Below, piece after piece: positions 40,141 to 56,535 of a stretch of 64,000 nt of DNA. The stretch lies in the NCBI RefSeq assembly GCF_009914755.1, contig NC_060933.1; one strand, given 5' to 3'. A model generated the notes under the pieces. It was not told the origin of the DNA and did not search any database. It saw nothing but the letters and a program-made list of their open reading frames with translations. Position 1 is the stretch's first letter. Each line of letters opens with the position of its first letter. Source of the DNA: the human T2T-CHM13v2.0 reference genome, Homo sapiens. Position numbers and translations under genes: made by a program.

Positions 40141-40643
40141 AAATGAAACCAAGGAAACCCCAGCTGTGCAGGACAGACATGATTAGGAGGGAGCAGGCAT
40201 GCCTGCTACGGGCAGGTCAGAGGTGGCTTGGGGTCAGCGAGTCGACTTCCTGGAGGAGGTGGTCCTGGAAGGACAGATGGGATTTGAATGAGGCACAAGG
40301 GTGGACAGCTCCAGGACCAGGGGTCAGCCTGGCATCCCTCACCTGGAAGGTCAGCTGGGAGGTAGTGGAGGTGGAGTGCTTTCCGGCGTGGAAGGTACTG
40401 GCTGGCCCGGTGGGGGTGTTCTGACTCTGCAGAGGGGGAGTGTCATCCCCAGCTCAGACGCTGTTGTGATGTCACCGGTAGCACCCAGCACTTCCCCACC
40501 TTTGCCCTCTAGGGTGGGTGAGCTGCAACACAGGTTGCAGTGGCCCAGGGGGAGGGGATCATAGACCATAGACTGCCCTGGACTTGGGCTGTTTCCAGTG
40601 TGGGGCTACCGGGAACAAAGCTGCTATGAAACTTTGTGTGCAA

Positions 40644-40646
<3 letters not shown>

Positions 40647-40691
<45 letters not shown>
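40647..40691. repeat. (TG)n(AG)n compound microsatellite
   Basis: Directly visible. Confidence 0.95.
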
Positions 40692-40692
<1 letters not shown>

Positions 40693-41048
40693 GACTTCCA
40701 TTTCTCTTGGGTAAGCACTAGGAGTGGACTTGCTCAATCAGACGTGACTAATGTTTACTTGTACCTTGTACAGGAAATTGCTGGGAAGTCTCTTGAGAGC
40801 AGTGACCATTTCCCATTCCCGATAACCGCATGTGGGGGTCCTACACCAACCCACCACAACCTCACCGATGCCGAGCGCTGTTGCGCATTCACACTCCGGT
40901 CACTCTCGTGGGTGTGCCGTGGCACCTTCATGTGGTTTGAATCTGCACGTTCCTGTAGGTGAACCGTGCTGAGCCTTTCTTCATGTGCTTATTGGCCAAG
41001 GGTGTTCATTCCTTTGTGAAGAATGTGTTCAAATCTTTTGCTCATTAA

Positions 41049-41518
<470 letters not shown>

Positions 41519-41549
41519 TTTATATATTTTTGATGCCAATTCTTTGTCA

Positions 41550-42237
41550 TAGTTGATCCTTATTCTTCGTGGATTCCATATTTCTGAATTCATTTACTTG
41601 ATAAAATGTACTTATAACCCCTAAGTCAATACTGTGGACGATTTTGTGGCCATTTGTGGGCACACACAGAGCCCTGAGACATTGGAGTTGTCTGATGTGT
41701 GTGGCCCCAGCTGGGATGGACAGGGCAACTCCCCACCTTCTTGCTGCAGCTCCCACAGGGACGGTGAGTGTCCTTTTTACGGTCCATTTAGTGCCCCATT
41801 TTTTCACGTTTCTGTGCATTTTGTTGGGGATCTCATAGTTTGTAACAGCCCCGGCATGGTGCTGAAGCGCTGTCTGGGGCTCCAAAGTGCAAGAAGGCTG
41901 TGCTGTGCCTTATGGAGAAAACTGGTGTGTTAGAGAAGCTTCATTCAAGTGTGTTGGCTGCGAGTTCAATGTAAAGGAATCAACAGTGCTGATCAAATAA
42001 AGCATCTTTCAATAGAAACACACATCAAACAAGGTTATGCATTGATGGGTTGATGACAATGCTATCACCAGAGGCTCATAGGAACCTTCCCTTCCCTAAG
42101 AACCGTGGTTTGGTGTTCACTAAATTGGTGCTGAGGCATTTCACGGACTGTAACTACCACCAGTAATGAGAATCAACCCTGGACAGAGGCACTTCACAGA
42201 CTGTAACTACCACCAGTAATGCGAATCAACCCTGGAC
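41550..42237 (+). mobile_element. MER82 (TcMar-Tigger) with duplicated 3' terminus
   Basis: agttgatcctt..ggattcc.tattt, caagaaggctgtg.tgtgcctta.ggagaaaa, aaacaaggttatg, gagaatcaac. Confidence 0.85.
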
Positions 42238-42558
42238 GTTTTCTCCGGATAGGTGGCTTGCCTCCTCATTTTCTAAATGGTGTATTTTAATGAATAATAG
42301 TTTTATATTTTCATGAAAGTGACTTACCAATAGTTTCTCTTGTGGTTTTTGCTTTTTCCTGTGAAGCTGGCACATGTTCTCTTCTAGAAGATTTATAGCT
42401 TTAGTTTTTATTTTGGGTTTGTAATCCATTCCATATTTCTCTTTGTGTATGTATAGGCAGGGGACGAAGTTTATTTTTTTCCTATAGATATCTGTTCACA
42501 TTGAAGCAAATCCAAGACAGTCTATCATATCCTCTGAACTCAGTACAGTATGTATCGC

Positions 42559-42917
42559 TGTGTTAGTTCAGGATGCTATAAAATACTATAGGCTGAGTGG
42601 CTGATAGACAACAGAAATGTATTTCTCACAGTTCTGGAGGCTGGGAAGTCCAAGATCAAGGCACCAGCAGGTATGGTGTCTGGTGAGGGCTGCGTCTGGT
42701 TTACCATGATGCCTTCTTGCTGTGTCCTCATGTGATGGAGAGTAGAGAGCTAGTGAATTCTCTGGGGCCTCTTTTATAGGGGCACTAATCCTGTTCATGA
42801 GGGCTCCACCTTCATGACCCAATCACCTCCCAGAGGCTCTGCTCCTAATACAATCACATTTCAGGTTAGGGTTTCAACATATGGTTTGGGGAGAGGAGGC
42901 ACATTCAGTCTTTTGCA
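42559..42917 (-). mobile_element. MaLR solo LTR (MLT1A-like)
   Basis: tctcacagttctggaggctgggaagtccaagatcaagg; catgacccaatcacctccc. Confidence 0.9.
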
Positions 42918-43299
42918 CTAATGTATAAAAGTGTAAGATTCTATTGAATGCAATGCATATTAAAGGCCTGTGATCATAGCCTGCCTTCAGCAGAGGCTTG
43001 CTCTTGCCTCTGGTGTTAACAGCCAAACGTCCCTCACTACCCAGGCTTTTGGGGAAAGCTTTGGACTGGCTACATTCTCCAATTCACAGGCAGCTGCTCA
43101 GCAGGTTCTCTCCACCTAAGCTGTTATCTCTGGCCCCTCCCCTGTCCTTGCGGCAAATCCCACATGAAGTGTACAGCAGATAGTCAAAACATTATTTAAT
43201 TCACAGCTTCTACTACTCTGAGTTTAGAATGGAGGAAACCCTTCTTTGTTAGGTGTTAATACTCTTATGATACTCATGTTGTTTGAATCAGCCTCTAAA

Positions 43300-43815
43300 C
43301 TCATTCATTTATTCAACAAATATGTATTTACCTCCTACTATGTCCCAGGTACTGCACTGGTTTGGGTGTTGTCCAAGACAGATGAGACACCTGCTATCCT
43401 AGAGCTTCCATTCTTGTTAGGAAAAGACACTCTAAGCAATGAATGATACCCTTCACTACTTAAACTACAACAACGCTCTCATCATTAAAGTGCTTTAAAC
43501 CATAAGTATAGGAGCCATTAGATTGCTCTACAAGGGGATTTGACCTCATCTGGGAAGGCAGGGAAATCTCTGACCAGCGAATTCTGAATTCTACCAGAGG
43601 AGGGGAATCAGCTAGATGAGGTAGGTGTGTGGGGGCAGAGGGCAGAGGTGGGGCTCCTGGTGCAGGGAGCAGCATGTGTAAAGACCCTGAGGTGGAAGGG
43701 ACTCTGGGATGCCAGGACTGGAGCAATGGGAGGGTGGCGTGTGAGGGAACATTGTGCAAGGTGAGGCTGGGGGTGCTGCTAGGCCTCGAGGGCCAGTTCA
43801 AGGTCTTGCTTTATG
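43300..43815 (-). mobile_element. L2 3' region
   Basis: cattcatttattcaacaaatat..cctactatgt.ccagg; cagcatgtgtaaag.ccctgagg. Confidence 0.85.
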
Positions 43816-43822
43816 TTTCAAT

Positions 43823-44018
43823 TCGGCGTCGTCCAGCAGAACTTGCTGCACAGAGAGAAAACCTCTGTATCTGTAGTGACCAGTGTGGTAGCCGCATGTA
43901 ACTACTGAGCCCTGGAAATGTGGTTAGTGTGACCAAGAAACTGAATTTTAGATTTTAATTAAATAAAATTTCAATAGCACATGCAACTTGTGGCTGCCAA
44001 GTTGGGCTTCATAGCTGT
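43823..44018 (+). mobile_element. MER3 (hAT-Charlie MITE)
   Basis: gtcca..agaact, gaaatgtgg.tagtg, aactgaatttt. Confidence 0.85.
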
Positions 44019-44482
44019 AGCACAACGGCAGGTCACCAAGAATGTAGACCAGGAAGATGACACCATCGGATCTGCATTTGTTACTGTTATTTGTCACTCA
44101 CTGTGGCTCCATGCGGACAGTGTAAGGACCTGTGGAGATGTTGCCACAGTGGTGCTGGGGGTAAATAATGGCTGCATGATCTCGGAAAGATTCAAGAGAT
44201 CTTCGGGAGTCAGAATAGTGGTGGCCTCTGATAGTGGGCAGGGAAGGGAGCTGGCAGGACTCCTTCTCAGGCTGCTGATATGAGAAGGACAAAGTTGGTG
44301 GGGTTCCCCGTCCCTTCCAGAGTGGGTGCCCAGTACTCGGGAGGAACAGGCTGTCTAGATGTGCAGCTGCAGGGCTCCAAGGAAAGACCTGGGCTGCCGG
44401 AATTTCTAAGAAAGTTAGGAGGAATTTCACCTGTGATGCATCAGTATGGAAATGCAACATGAACAGGAAAGAAAAATGCCTG

Positions 44483-44790
44483 GGCAGGGCGAGGTAGCTC
44501 ACATCTGTAATTCCAGCACTTTGGGAGGCTGAGGCAGGAGGATCTCTTGAGTTCAGGAGTGCAAGACCAGCCTGGGCAACATGGCGAAAACTCATCTCTA
44601 CAAAAAATACAAAAATTAGCTGGTCACGGTGGTGTGCACTTGTGGTCCTAGCTGCTCAGGAGGCTGAGGTGGGAGGATCACTTGAGTCCCAGAGGCAAAG
44701 GTCGCAGTGAGCTGAGATTGCACCACTGCACTCCAGCCTGGGCGACAGAGCAAGACCCTGTCTCAAAAAAATAAAATAAAATAAAAAAGA
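44483..44790 (+). mobile_element. AluJb
   Basis: Full dimer with J diagnostics. Confidence 0.93.
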
Positions 44791-45365
44791 AAAATACTCA
44801 GTAAAACCCAAACTTCCTATTTTTTTTTTGGATTCCTGTTCAAAGTTGGCAATGTGCTCAGATAGTTGCAATCAGATGTACGGGTCCTATTAGATGCTCT
44901 TAAAAAAGACAAAACCAAAACTCTTGACTTGCTCCTGCACACATTTCCAGGAATAGTCCATGTAAATGTTACGTTAGCGTGATGTTTCTGAAACTCACCC
45001 ATGTTGTGTGTGCCGGTGATCCATTTATTTTCACTGCCGGGTGGTCTTTTGTTTATGGATGTGCCACAATTTGTTTATCCATTTACAGGTAGCTGGACAT
45101 TTGGGTCATTTTCATGTTTTTGATGGTAGTAATTAAATGCTTTTAAAAGTGGGCAGTATAATTTTAGAAAAATAAAGATGTTTATTATTTTATGAAAAAT
45201 GTATATTATGCTTGTTGTAGTATACATGGAAAATAGAGAAAAGCATAAAAAGCAAAAAACTTTATAGCCCCATAACAGTTTTAACCTACTATGATATTTT
45301 CTGGAGTTCTTCCCAAACTGTTCAGTTCATGTGTATGTAAGTATGAATGTATATAAAATTGTCAA

Positions 45366-45979
<614 letters not shown>

Positions 45980-47428
45980 CCTCGTAGCCAGTATTTTCCC
46001 AGATCTTAGGTGTGTGTGGACGTGTTTTTAGCAGTCACTTCCCTCATCACTGCTTCTCAGTGGTGTTGCTTTTGGTTGCCCGAGGGACTCCTCAGCGCCT
46101 GCAACCCTCATGGTCCCCAAAGTTTTGTCCTGGGACATCTGGTTTTGTGCTACGGGAAGTGCCCGAGTTATTATAGAATCCAACTCCATCATTCAACTAG
46201 CATTTATAGAGGCTGCTTGCTCTTATCAGGGATGGGGCTTGACGCAGGGAGCTCAGGGCCCATCTCCAACAGCCCAGCCTGGAACACCCGGGTCCAGAGT
46301 TGTGCCTTCCTCCCCTCCCAGGCTCCCGGGGCTGCCCACCACGCCGTGGTCATAGGATGATGGCTCCATCAACCCTCCTTGGAAGGGCTTCCTTACACTT
46401 GGCTCCCTGGCGCCCTCCCTTCCTGATGAAATTTGGGCTCTCCAAGGCCTATAAGTTGGCCAGCCTCAGATGCTGACGTGCTATAATAGCTCTTGTTCCT
46501 TCCAGCACTGTGCAACCCTGGGGAGTTAATGAACAATTTGCAAAGGGCCCCAGGAGCTGGAGAAAGGCTTTAAAAAAGACTGGGTATGACTTGGGTGTCA
46601 TAGTTACAGAATTCTTTAAGGCCACAGTTATCAGTTTAAGAAATTGTCTTTTCCACTTCACTACATTCTGTTTGGTTCCCTAGAGAGGAGGTCAAGCTAA
46701 AGATTAACCACGTTGTGGTCTGTCTACAATATTTAGATTCCAGATTAACTTACTCCTATTTTTCTTGGCCTCTTCTGTGACAATTTCTTTCCTCTGTAGT
46801 TACTTGCTTAGGGGTTGTTACAATAATCAAAAATTTTAAAAAGCATTAAAATATTAGTTATGAGGCTAAACAGAACAATTAGGGAATCTGTCACCTCGCC
46901 AGTGAAACCTACCATTAATAAATGACTGTTTTACATTATTCCTGGGCCAGCTTGCCTTTCTTTTAATATACGTAATTAGGTTTTTATTTCTCCCAAAGTG
47001 AATAGTTTAATTATTAGAAGTATTATATATGTGTGGTCTAACTTGTCTTTTTCTGACATTGTCAGTCCTGATTCAATGTTTGTTGGTCACATTGCATCTC
47101 AATGACAGGAAGAGATGTTAGGGACAAGCATTGAAGATGACAAGATGTAGCAGTCAGAGTATTAGTATGATGGGAATGTTATTATCCCAAGGGCAAGACC
47201 ACCACCCACACCCCAGACCCTCAGCACACCTATGCACGTGCACGCGCACACACACACTCCACACAAGCTTGAATGGGCCATTCTTATGACATTGTCCCAC
47301 GGCCTGAGAGCTGGGAAGAGAATGGCTTTTCCACCATGAACAAAATGACTTCACATCAGTCCACTGCCCATGCCCCTGGGGCTGAAGAACCTGCACGAGG
47401 TCAGGGACCTGGGTTCGCTGCTTTGTGT

Positions 47429-48046
47429 TGTCAATTGAGAAAAATGACGAGAGAAGTCTTAATCATTTTAGGTGGTTTATTTGCCAAAGTTAAGGACATG
47501 CCAGGGAGACAGGTCGATACCTTGCTCCGAAGACGATTTTGAGGGCTCCAAATTTAAAGGGGAAAGGGCGGGATATTGAGAAGCACACAGTTTTCATGTA
47601 AGAGGCGGGTAGGGAAAAATAGTCATTCATGACTTTGTCTGGCTCACTGAATCTGCATTTTTTACATAAGATGACATTGACAAATGGGTCAGGGGAAAAA
47701 TGCAGGGAATCTGCATTTTACATAAGATAACTTAGACAAAATGGGGCAGCAAAACAATCCCATATGCATTTGTGTCTGGTGGGCGGGGGGTGACTGCGTC
47801 TGTAATGATAAGCTTTGAATTTACGTTGTCATGGTGAAATGTTAACAGAAACACCTTAAAAGATCTTGCAGCTCACTAAGAATTTCCTTGTGGGCAAAAT
47901 ACAGGGGAGGCATGTAGCTTTTCACCTTGTAGCCATCTTATTTAGGAGCCAAAAGGGGGAGGGAGGTTTGCGTGATCCAGGCCCCAGCTTGACTTCTCCC
48001 TTTGGCTTAATGAGTTTGGGGTCTCAAGATTTAATTTCCTTTCACA
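47429..48046 (-). mobile_element. ERV1 solo LTR (MER4A-like)
   Basis: tttatttgccaaagttaaggac, gaatctgcattttacataagat, ttggggtc.caagatttaatttcctttcaca. Confidence 0.9.
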
Positions 48047-48736
48047 ATATTCAGCACTGGAAACGTGCAGGGGACATGGAGGGGCTCAATAAATACGATT
48101 AGATTGAAAATTGCCAATATCTGATCTTTTGTTGTCCCCCGCACAGTGGTTCATGTGGTTTACCCTCATTTTTGTTGAATGGGGAATAAGGGAATGATCT
48201 CTCTGATCTTGGTCAGCACAGGCTCTGCATGTGCGTCTCTTTTGGCATTTTTGCATCTCTAATGTGGAGAACCGCTCCAGGACTGCAGAGGACACATGGG
48301 GAAACGACCAGAATGGAGGAGAGGCCACTGGCAAAGTAGCCTCGGTCTGTCTCAGGTGGCTAGGGCTGTGCTGGGTCCCCACAGGACTCTTGTCCTAAGC
48401 ATGCACCAGTATGCGGCTCCACACTGCACTGACTGGGTGATCGATCACGGGGAACCGTGGCCTCTGAGAAGTAGGGTGTCTTGGAGGCCAAGGGAAGAGA
48501 AAGTGGTAAATACTGACAGCCAGCCATTCAGAAGACGGCAAAGGAGAGTGCTTCTTACCTGCCATTTTTGATGCTGTGGCCAGAGGGAGCTCTAGATGAC
48601 GGCAGGGGCAAGCCTCCAGCTAGCCTCTGGTGACTGACAGCTGGCTCTGTTGGTCTGAGGCCCTGGTTACTTCCCGCTGATCTACGATGGTGATGTCACG
48701 AAGCTCTTGGTGGTAATTTTCTGCTCCATGATGTCA

Positions 48737-49428
<692 letters not shown>

Positions 49429-49589
49429 TCATATTCCCTATAAGAACTGTGAAAAATTATGTACTGCATTATATATTATAAAGTTAATAACTACAAATGT
49501 CCTCATAAGCTTATATAGTTATGAAGAATGTAATTTCCAGTATGGAGTAAAGTTGACCCTCATCATCTTCCCTTTAAAAAGCCATACAT

Positions 49590-49904
<315 letters not shown>

Positions 49905-50092
49905 AAAAAAAAAATCCATAAAATTAATCGTCAGAAATTTTACCTCATTAAGTCATTTTACGTATTTAAAATTTTTACATGTGTACAAATTTTACATATT
50001 TACACCATTAATTTCCTTCTTGAACTCATATTTCTATCCTGATTTTCTCACAAAATTGTGTCCTAAATGACATATTTTTTATGCTTGGAAAC

Positions 50093-50570
50093 TATAGTGG
50101 GTTGAACTGTGTCCCACCAAAAGACGTGTTCAAGTCCTAACCCCTGTTACCAGTGAATGTGACCTTATTTATAAATAGAGTCTTTGCAGATGTAATTAAG
50201 TTAAGGATCTCAAGATGAGATCATACTGGATTAGGGGGAGCGCTTAATTTAATAACTAGTGTCCTTATAAGAGGAAGGAGAGGGAGAGTTGAGAAACAGA
50301 GGCATACACTAAGGGAGGACAGACACATCAAGACAGAGGCAGAGATTGGAGTGATGTGGCCACAAGCCAAGGGATGCCTCAGCCACTGGAGGCTGGAAGA
50401 GCCAAGGGAAGGTTCTCCCCTGGAGCTTTCAGAGGAGTGAAATCAAGTGGCCCTGCTGCCATCTTGATTTCAGACTTCTGGCCTCCAGAACTTCGAGTAG
50501 ATAAATTTCTGTTGTTTTAAGCCAAAAATTTTGTGGTCATTTGGTATGGCAGCCTTAAGAAACTAATACA
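50093..50570 (+). mobile_element. MaLR solo LTR (MLT1B/C-like)
   Basis: gaatgtgaccttattt, gtctttgcagatgtaatt, aaactaataca; TSD gaaac/ggaac. Confidence 0.92.
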
Positions 50571-50782
50571 GGAACATATGCAATAGTTCAATAGAAATTG
50601 AAATAAAATTCCTTATGATTGTATGTTCCAAAATTAAAAATATAGATATTTTTTCCTGGATTCAGTTGGTAGTACAATTATTAGAGCAAAACAATAAAAA
50701 TGTATTACACATTTTGAGAAATAATTCTAAACACAAGTAGTAAAGATTTTTAAAAATTAATTTCTTTTGACATGGATGGGGC

Positions 50783-51094
<312 letters not shown>

Positions 51095-51599
51095 AGGGCT
51101 TTTTTTTTAGTTCAATTAGTTCAGATATCTGTAATAGAAGAGCACTTATTGCTGAAGTATGATAGATTTTACCATTGTTTGTAACCTTATTTTGGATCTC
51201 TATCTCCATCTCTAGCTGTCTCTATCTCTGTCTCTGTCTCTTTCTCTATACCCACTAAGACACTTTGTTCATATATGTAAGTATATATGGATAAGCATAG
51301 ATTTGTAAAATATACATAATTCATTACATTTTTGTACTACTTCCATGACATGTCAAATAAACACATAGTGATCTATCGTCAAAAATAATTTTAATGCATT
51401 ACCAATTATAACTCTATAGGTCTGGCTTCAAGTTTTTTGGAACAAAGAACTTAAAAGCAGCTGAGCAGAACAAGAATTTGATACCTGACCTGAATAGTCA
51501 TTACTTTCTTCATAGCATTTTGTTCCTTTTTCATGTTTCAATTCCTTCTTTGATCTCTTTCCCCAAACTTACCTTATATTCTGGATCCAGTAGTTCCAA

Positions 51600-52150
51600 G
51601 ATCTGCAGTTTGGGAGAGATGGCCTCTGCTGTTTGTCATTTCTGCGGTCTCTTGCCTGTGGAGCTCATGGATCACCTATTTTGTAATTTTGGATTGTGGA
51701 CTCATATTTGGTGGGACTTTATTCTAGGAACTCTCTGGGGCCTGGATTGAGGTGCTTCCTTTCAGAGATGTTATGAGTTTGCTTCTGTCATGTTTCTTGG
51801 CAGCCACCAAACCAGGGACATTCATTTCTTGGCTTGAGGTTTCCTAGAAGATGTGGGTAGTACACATTCAAAGGCCAAACCCATATTAAAATCTGAGACG
51901 ATAAACTTTCCAGAGGGAATATTTCCATCTGAGAGCTGAGACCAAGAAAGAAATGTTTTCTTGCTGTCTCCCTTTACCAGTGGGTGGATTTTTTTTTTCT
52001 AGTATCTTCTGCCACTGACTGTGTAGCCCTTCAAGGGTCCTGGGCTTTCTATGATGACTCCAGTCACAATTTTCCAACATCTATGGACCAAGCCCTTGCT
52101 CTGTCCCCACAGGGCCACTAAAACCCTGCCCTCCCTGGAACAATGAGCTC
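51600..52150 (-). mobile_element. Old L1ME 5'UTR fragment
   Basis: tctgctgtttgt, tttgtaattttggattgtg, tttgcttctg. Confidence 0.5.
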
Positions 52151-52404
52151 AGCATCCCTTTACCTTTCCTTGGGCAAGAGAAGTGCCCTGTTCCCAGTTC
52201 AGGGTCAGAGCACACAGACCAACCTAACTAAATGAGTGAGCATGGAACCACAGCTGGCCAGTCTGGTTCTTTCTTAGAAATTTGCATCTTGAACTGAGAC
52301 ACACAAAAATGGAGAGAGGTGGGAAGTGAGCCCTCCTGTGGAAAGTTCCCAAGAGATGACTGATGGGACCCTTCTACCAAGGACCCCAAACTTCTCAAGA
52401 CTTG

Positions 52405-52772
52405 TGATATGGTTTGGTTCTGTCCACACCCAAATCTCATCTTGAATTGTAGCTCCCATAATCCCCATGTGTCATGAGAGGGATCTGCTGGGAGGTAATT
52501 TAATCATAGGGATGGTTACCCTCATGCTGTTCTCATGATAGCAAGTGATGAGAGCTGATGGTTTTATAAAGGCCTTTGCCCCGTTTTGCTCAGCAGTTCT
52601 CCTTGCTGCTGCCATGTGAAGAAGGACATGTTTGCTTCCCCTTCCACCATGATTGTAAGTTCCCTGAGGCCTCTCCAGCCATGCTGAACTGTGAGTAATT
52701 AAACCTCTTTCCTTTACAAATTATCCAGTCTCAGATGTGTCTTTACTAGCAGTTTGAGGACAGACTAATATA
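52405..52772 (+). mobile_element. THE1 solo LTR (THE1C/D-like), within an older MLT1K-like remnant
   Basis: tgatatggtttgg..cccaaatctcatcttgaattgtagctccc ... cagactaatata. Confidence 0.93.
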
Positions 52773-53601
52773 GCCTGGCTGCCAAGCTTTTCCATTACGA
52801 CAATCTACTGAATAGCCTTCCAATAATTTTTGTCTTAAGTTCACCAGATTCAGTTTGCCTAGCTTGTAACTAAAAAGCCATACTGACACGCATTTCCTGC
52901 TTGATGGCGTTTTCTCCCAGATGATGTATGAAGGAAGAAATGACTCTCGAGATGGGTTTTGGTCAGGCCTGACTTCGAGAGGGGCCGGCAGGACATGGGA
53001 CTGAAAAAGTATGGATTTCATCACATTTGACAATGCAAAAGGATGCGTAGATTGATATATAAACTCAAAAGTAAAAATACATTCTTTTATTTTCTAAATA
53101 AACTGAACTCTATATAAAAACTGTGTCAAGTGATGAAATCAGTAGTGCAAATCATTTAGCAAAACATTCTAAGAATGTTTTAATTATCTGATGTAGTTTT
53201 GAAATGATTGGCACAATCCTTGGTTTGCTTCCAGATGTCACTAAATGGGGCCCATGTCTGAACCTTGATTGAATGTACGAAGCTGCACTGAGCCTTCTCA
53301 TGACCATCACGTTATGTAGATGAGGGCTTGCTCCTGGATGGTCTTCTGATCTCCACAGCATTGCTCATGAGAGGGAACCTTGCTCAGATTCTGCTGAACT
53401 AGCTGCAGTGAATTCAACAGAGCTTAGCTCCTCTAACACTATTCAGAGAAGACCATATTAAGTACGTGAAAATTGCTTATTGGTATGAAAGATTTATTCA
53501 GTTGGCATTATTTTATTAACTCACATTTAACCCACAATCTGTCATTCAGCCAAATTTTATGTTTCAGTAACTTGAGAGAACTTTTGGTTCAATGTATTCT
53601 T

Positions 53602-53720
53602 GCTGGGCATGATGGTGTGAACCTGTAATCCCAACAACTCTGGAGGTTGAGGCAGGAGGATAGCCTGAGCTCAGGAGTTCAAGTCCAGCCTCGGCAATCC
53701 TATCTCCTAAAAAAAAAAAT
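53602..53720 (+). mobile_element. FLAM (free left Alu monomer)
   Basis: Monomer with A tail; TSD ttcaa(t/a)gtattct. Confidence 0.85.
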
Positions 53721-54507
53721 TCAAAGTATTCTCCACTCTTATCATCATACAACACATGAATTTTTGTAAAATGTATTCAGACGACCTAATAGATTTTCTC
53801 TCAGAATTGATATTTCCATTTGTTTTGTTTCAACTGGAATATCAGAGTCCTTCAGTACTGTGACAGTCTGCTCTGTTTTCATGAATATTTTCATTTTGTT
53901 TTATATGTTCAGTCACTTTTTACTATTCCTCATTTTAATCTATTATTAGCTTTAACAATGGAAACTTTCTTCAAATAAAGCCAAATCTCTAGAAAAGTTT
54001 TCATTTTCCAATGTTTAATGACTTCCACTTCACAGTTTCTACTGAGGTGAAACTGAAAAGCCCAGGGAAGTTCCCAAGCTGTCTGCAGCCATACCCTGGA
54101 GCCTAAATATTTTCCATTTTTCATTGTTTTAATTTCCCTTCTACCCATATTACTTAATTCTCTCTGAGGATGATTTGATATTTAGTTGAAAACATAAAGT
54201 TTATCGAGACAAGACATAATGTAAGTGAGATGATTTATCATTTTTATTGCAGTTTTCAGAGATAAAAAAAAAATCCAGTGTTGTGGCTGGTAACAAATTA
54301 AGCCAACCTAGTTTTTTTTACCTTCTGGCTGGAAAACCACGTTTTCTCTGTTAATATTACACTGCACCACCTAGACAAGACTAAATAACTTCTGTATGTA
54401 AATATTTCTCATTGAAACCATGTTTTATGTGCACTGATAGTAAAATATGATGCCTTTCAGATATAGCATCATGAAACCATTAAGTTATCTTAAAAATCTT
54501 AGATTTT

Positions 54508-54875
<368 letters not shown>

Positions 54876-55436
54876 TTATTATTCAATTCTTACTGTCTTG
54901 ATTTATATATTTTCACCAAAATTGTTTTCTTATTTCAGTGAAATATATATTTTGTAAGAAATTGATTCCATAAACTTCGAATGTAGTGATATGCTGACAT
55001 CAATATTATTATTAACATTCTATTAAATGTATTATGGCAGAAAATACCAAATTATTTTTAACTATACAGTAAAATTCTTAAGTTGTGATGGTATCTTCTA
55101 AATGTTAGTTTGACTTACTATTTGATAAGCACTTTTCCAAATGCTTTATTGTATGTAGCTGATTCATAATGTTGTTGCACAGTTTAATGCTGATGAAACT
55201 TTATTCGAACCATAAACTTTACAACTGTCCATTCTGATAAAAAAAGTATTTACCACTTTCAATCTTTGGTGATAACACTTGTGAGTAAAATCTACAGCCA
55301 ACATTAGGTTACCAACAACAAATGTAAGCCGTTTGCTTTTCTTGAAATTAGAGGTTGTATCTTTTCATTTTAGGAAAAATAAATTATTTCATTGCGAAGT
55401 ATTGCAAATTATTCAAAGTATGAAAATGAAGGGCTG

Positions 55437-55480
55437 GGTTGGGCATGGTGGCTCAGCCTGTAATCCCAGTACTTTGGGAG
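55437..55480 (+). mobile_element. Alu 5' stub (about 45 bp)
   Basis: ggttgggcatggtggctcagcctgtaatcccagtactttgggag followed by unrelated sequence. Confidence 0.8.
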
Positions 55481-55817
55481 ATGACTCTCCAGCTTTTCAG
55501 TACCAAATTCTAAAACCAGACAGCCAAGAGTTGGACATTTGAAGAAAGAATGTTAACGGAAGGAACAGTGAGAAAACTCAAGAGAAAGGGAGAAAAGAAA
55601 AAGAATGTAAAAATAAAAATAAATTTTTCTGAAAATTATAACATGTATTCCCAAATGTAGATATTGTCCCTAATAAATAAAAATGGGGAAAAACAAAAGG
55701 TAACATTCTTAATATGAAAATAGGTCTTGGAAACTAAAAAAAGAAAAAGAACATGGAAATGAAAATTGTATTGGAAATGATGGAAGAATAGGAAATACTT
55801 CCCAGAAGATAGACTTA

Positions 55818-56085
<268 letters not shown>

Positions 56086-56236
56086 AGAAAGGAAATGGAA
56101 AGGAAACAGGAAAGAAAGTGAAGATCATTAGAGGATTAACCCAGGAGTTTCATGATGTGAACAAATTCTAATGGAGATGAAAGGAAACAGAGAAGAGGAA
56201 ATTCTCAAAGAAATGCATTTAAAAATTCCTAGAACA

Positions 56237-56535
56237 GGCCTTGCAGAGTAGCTCACGCCTGTAATACCAGCACTTTGGGAGGCCGAGGTGGGCAGATCAT
56301 GAGGTCAAGAGAAGGAGATCAGACTGGCCAACATGGTGAAACATCGTCTCTACTAAAAATACAAAAACTGGCTGGGCGTGGTGGCGTGCACCTTTAGTCC
56401 CAGCTACTCGGGAGGCTGAGGCAGGAGAATCACTGGAACACGGGAGGTGGAGCTTGCAGTGAGCCTAGATTGTGCCACTGCACTCCAGCCTGGCGACAGA
56501 GCGAGACTGTCTCAAAAAACAAAAAACAGAAAAAC
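56237..56535 (+). mobile_element. AluSc-like
   Basis: gaggtcaagaga, cctggcgacag; degenerate TSD. Confidence 0.92.

Noticed and set aside
47650-47745. Internal ~58-bp direct repeat
   Set aside because: As I recall, this is intrinsic to the MER4A LTR consensus and not a locus-specific event
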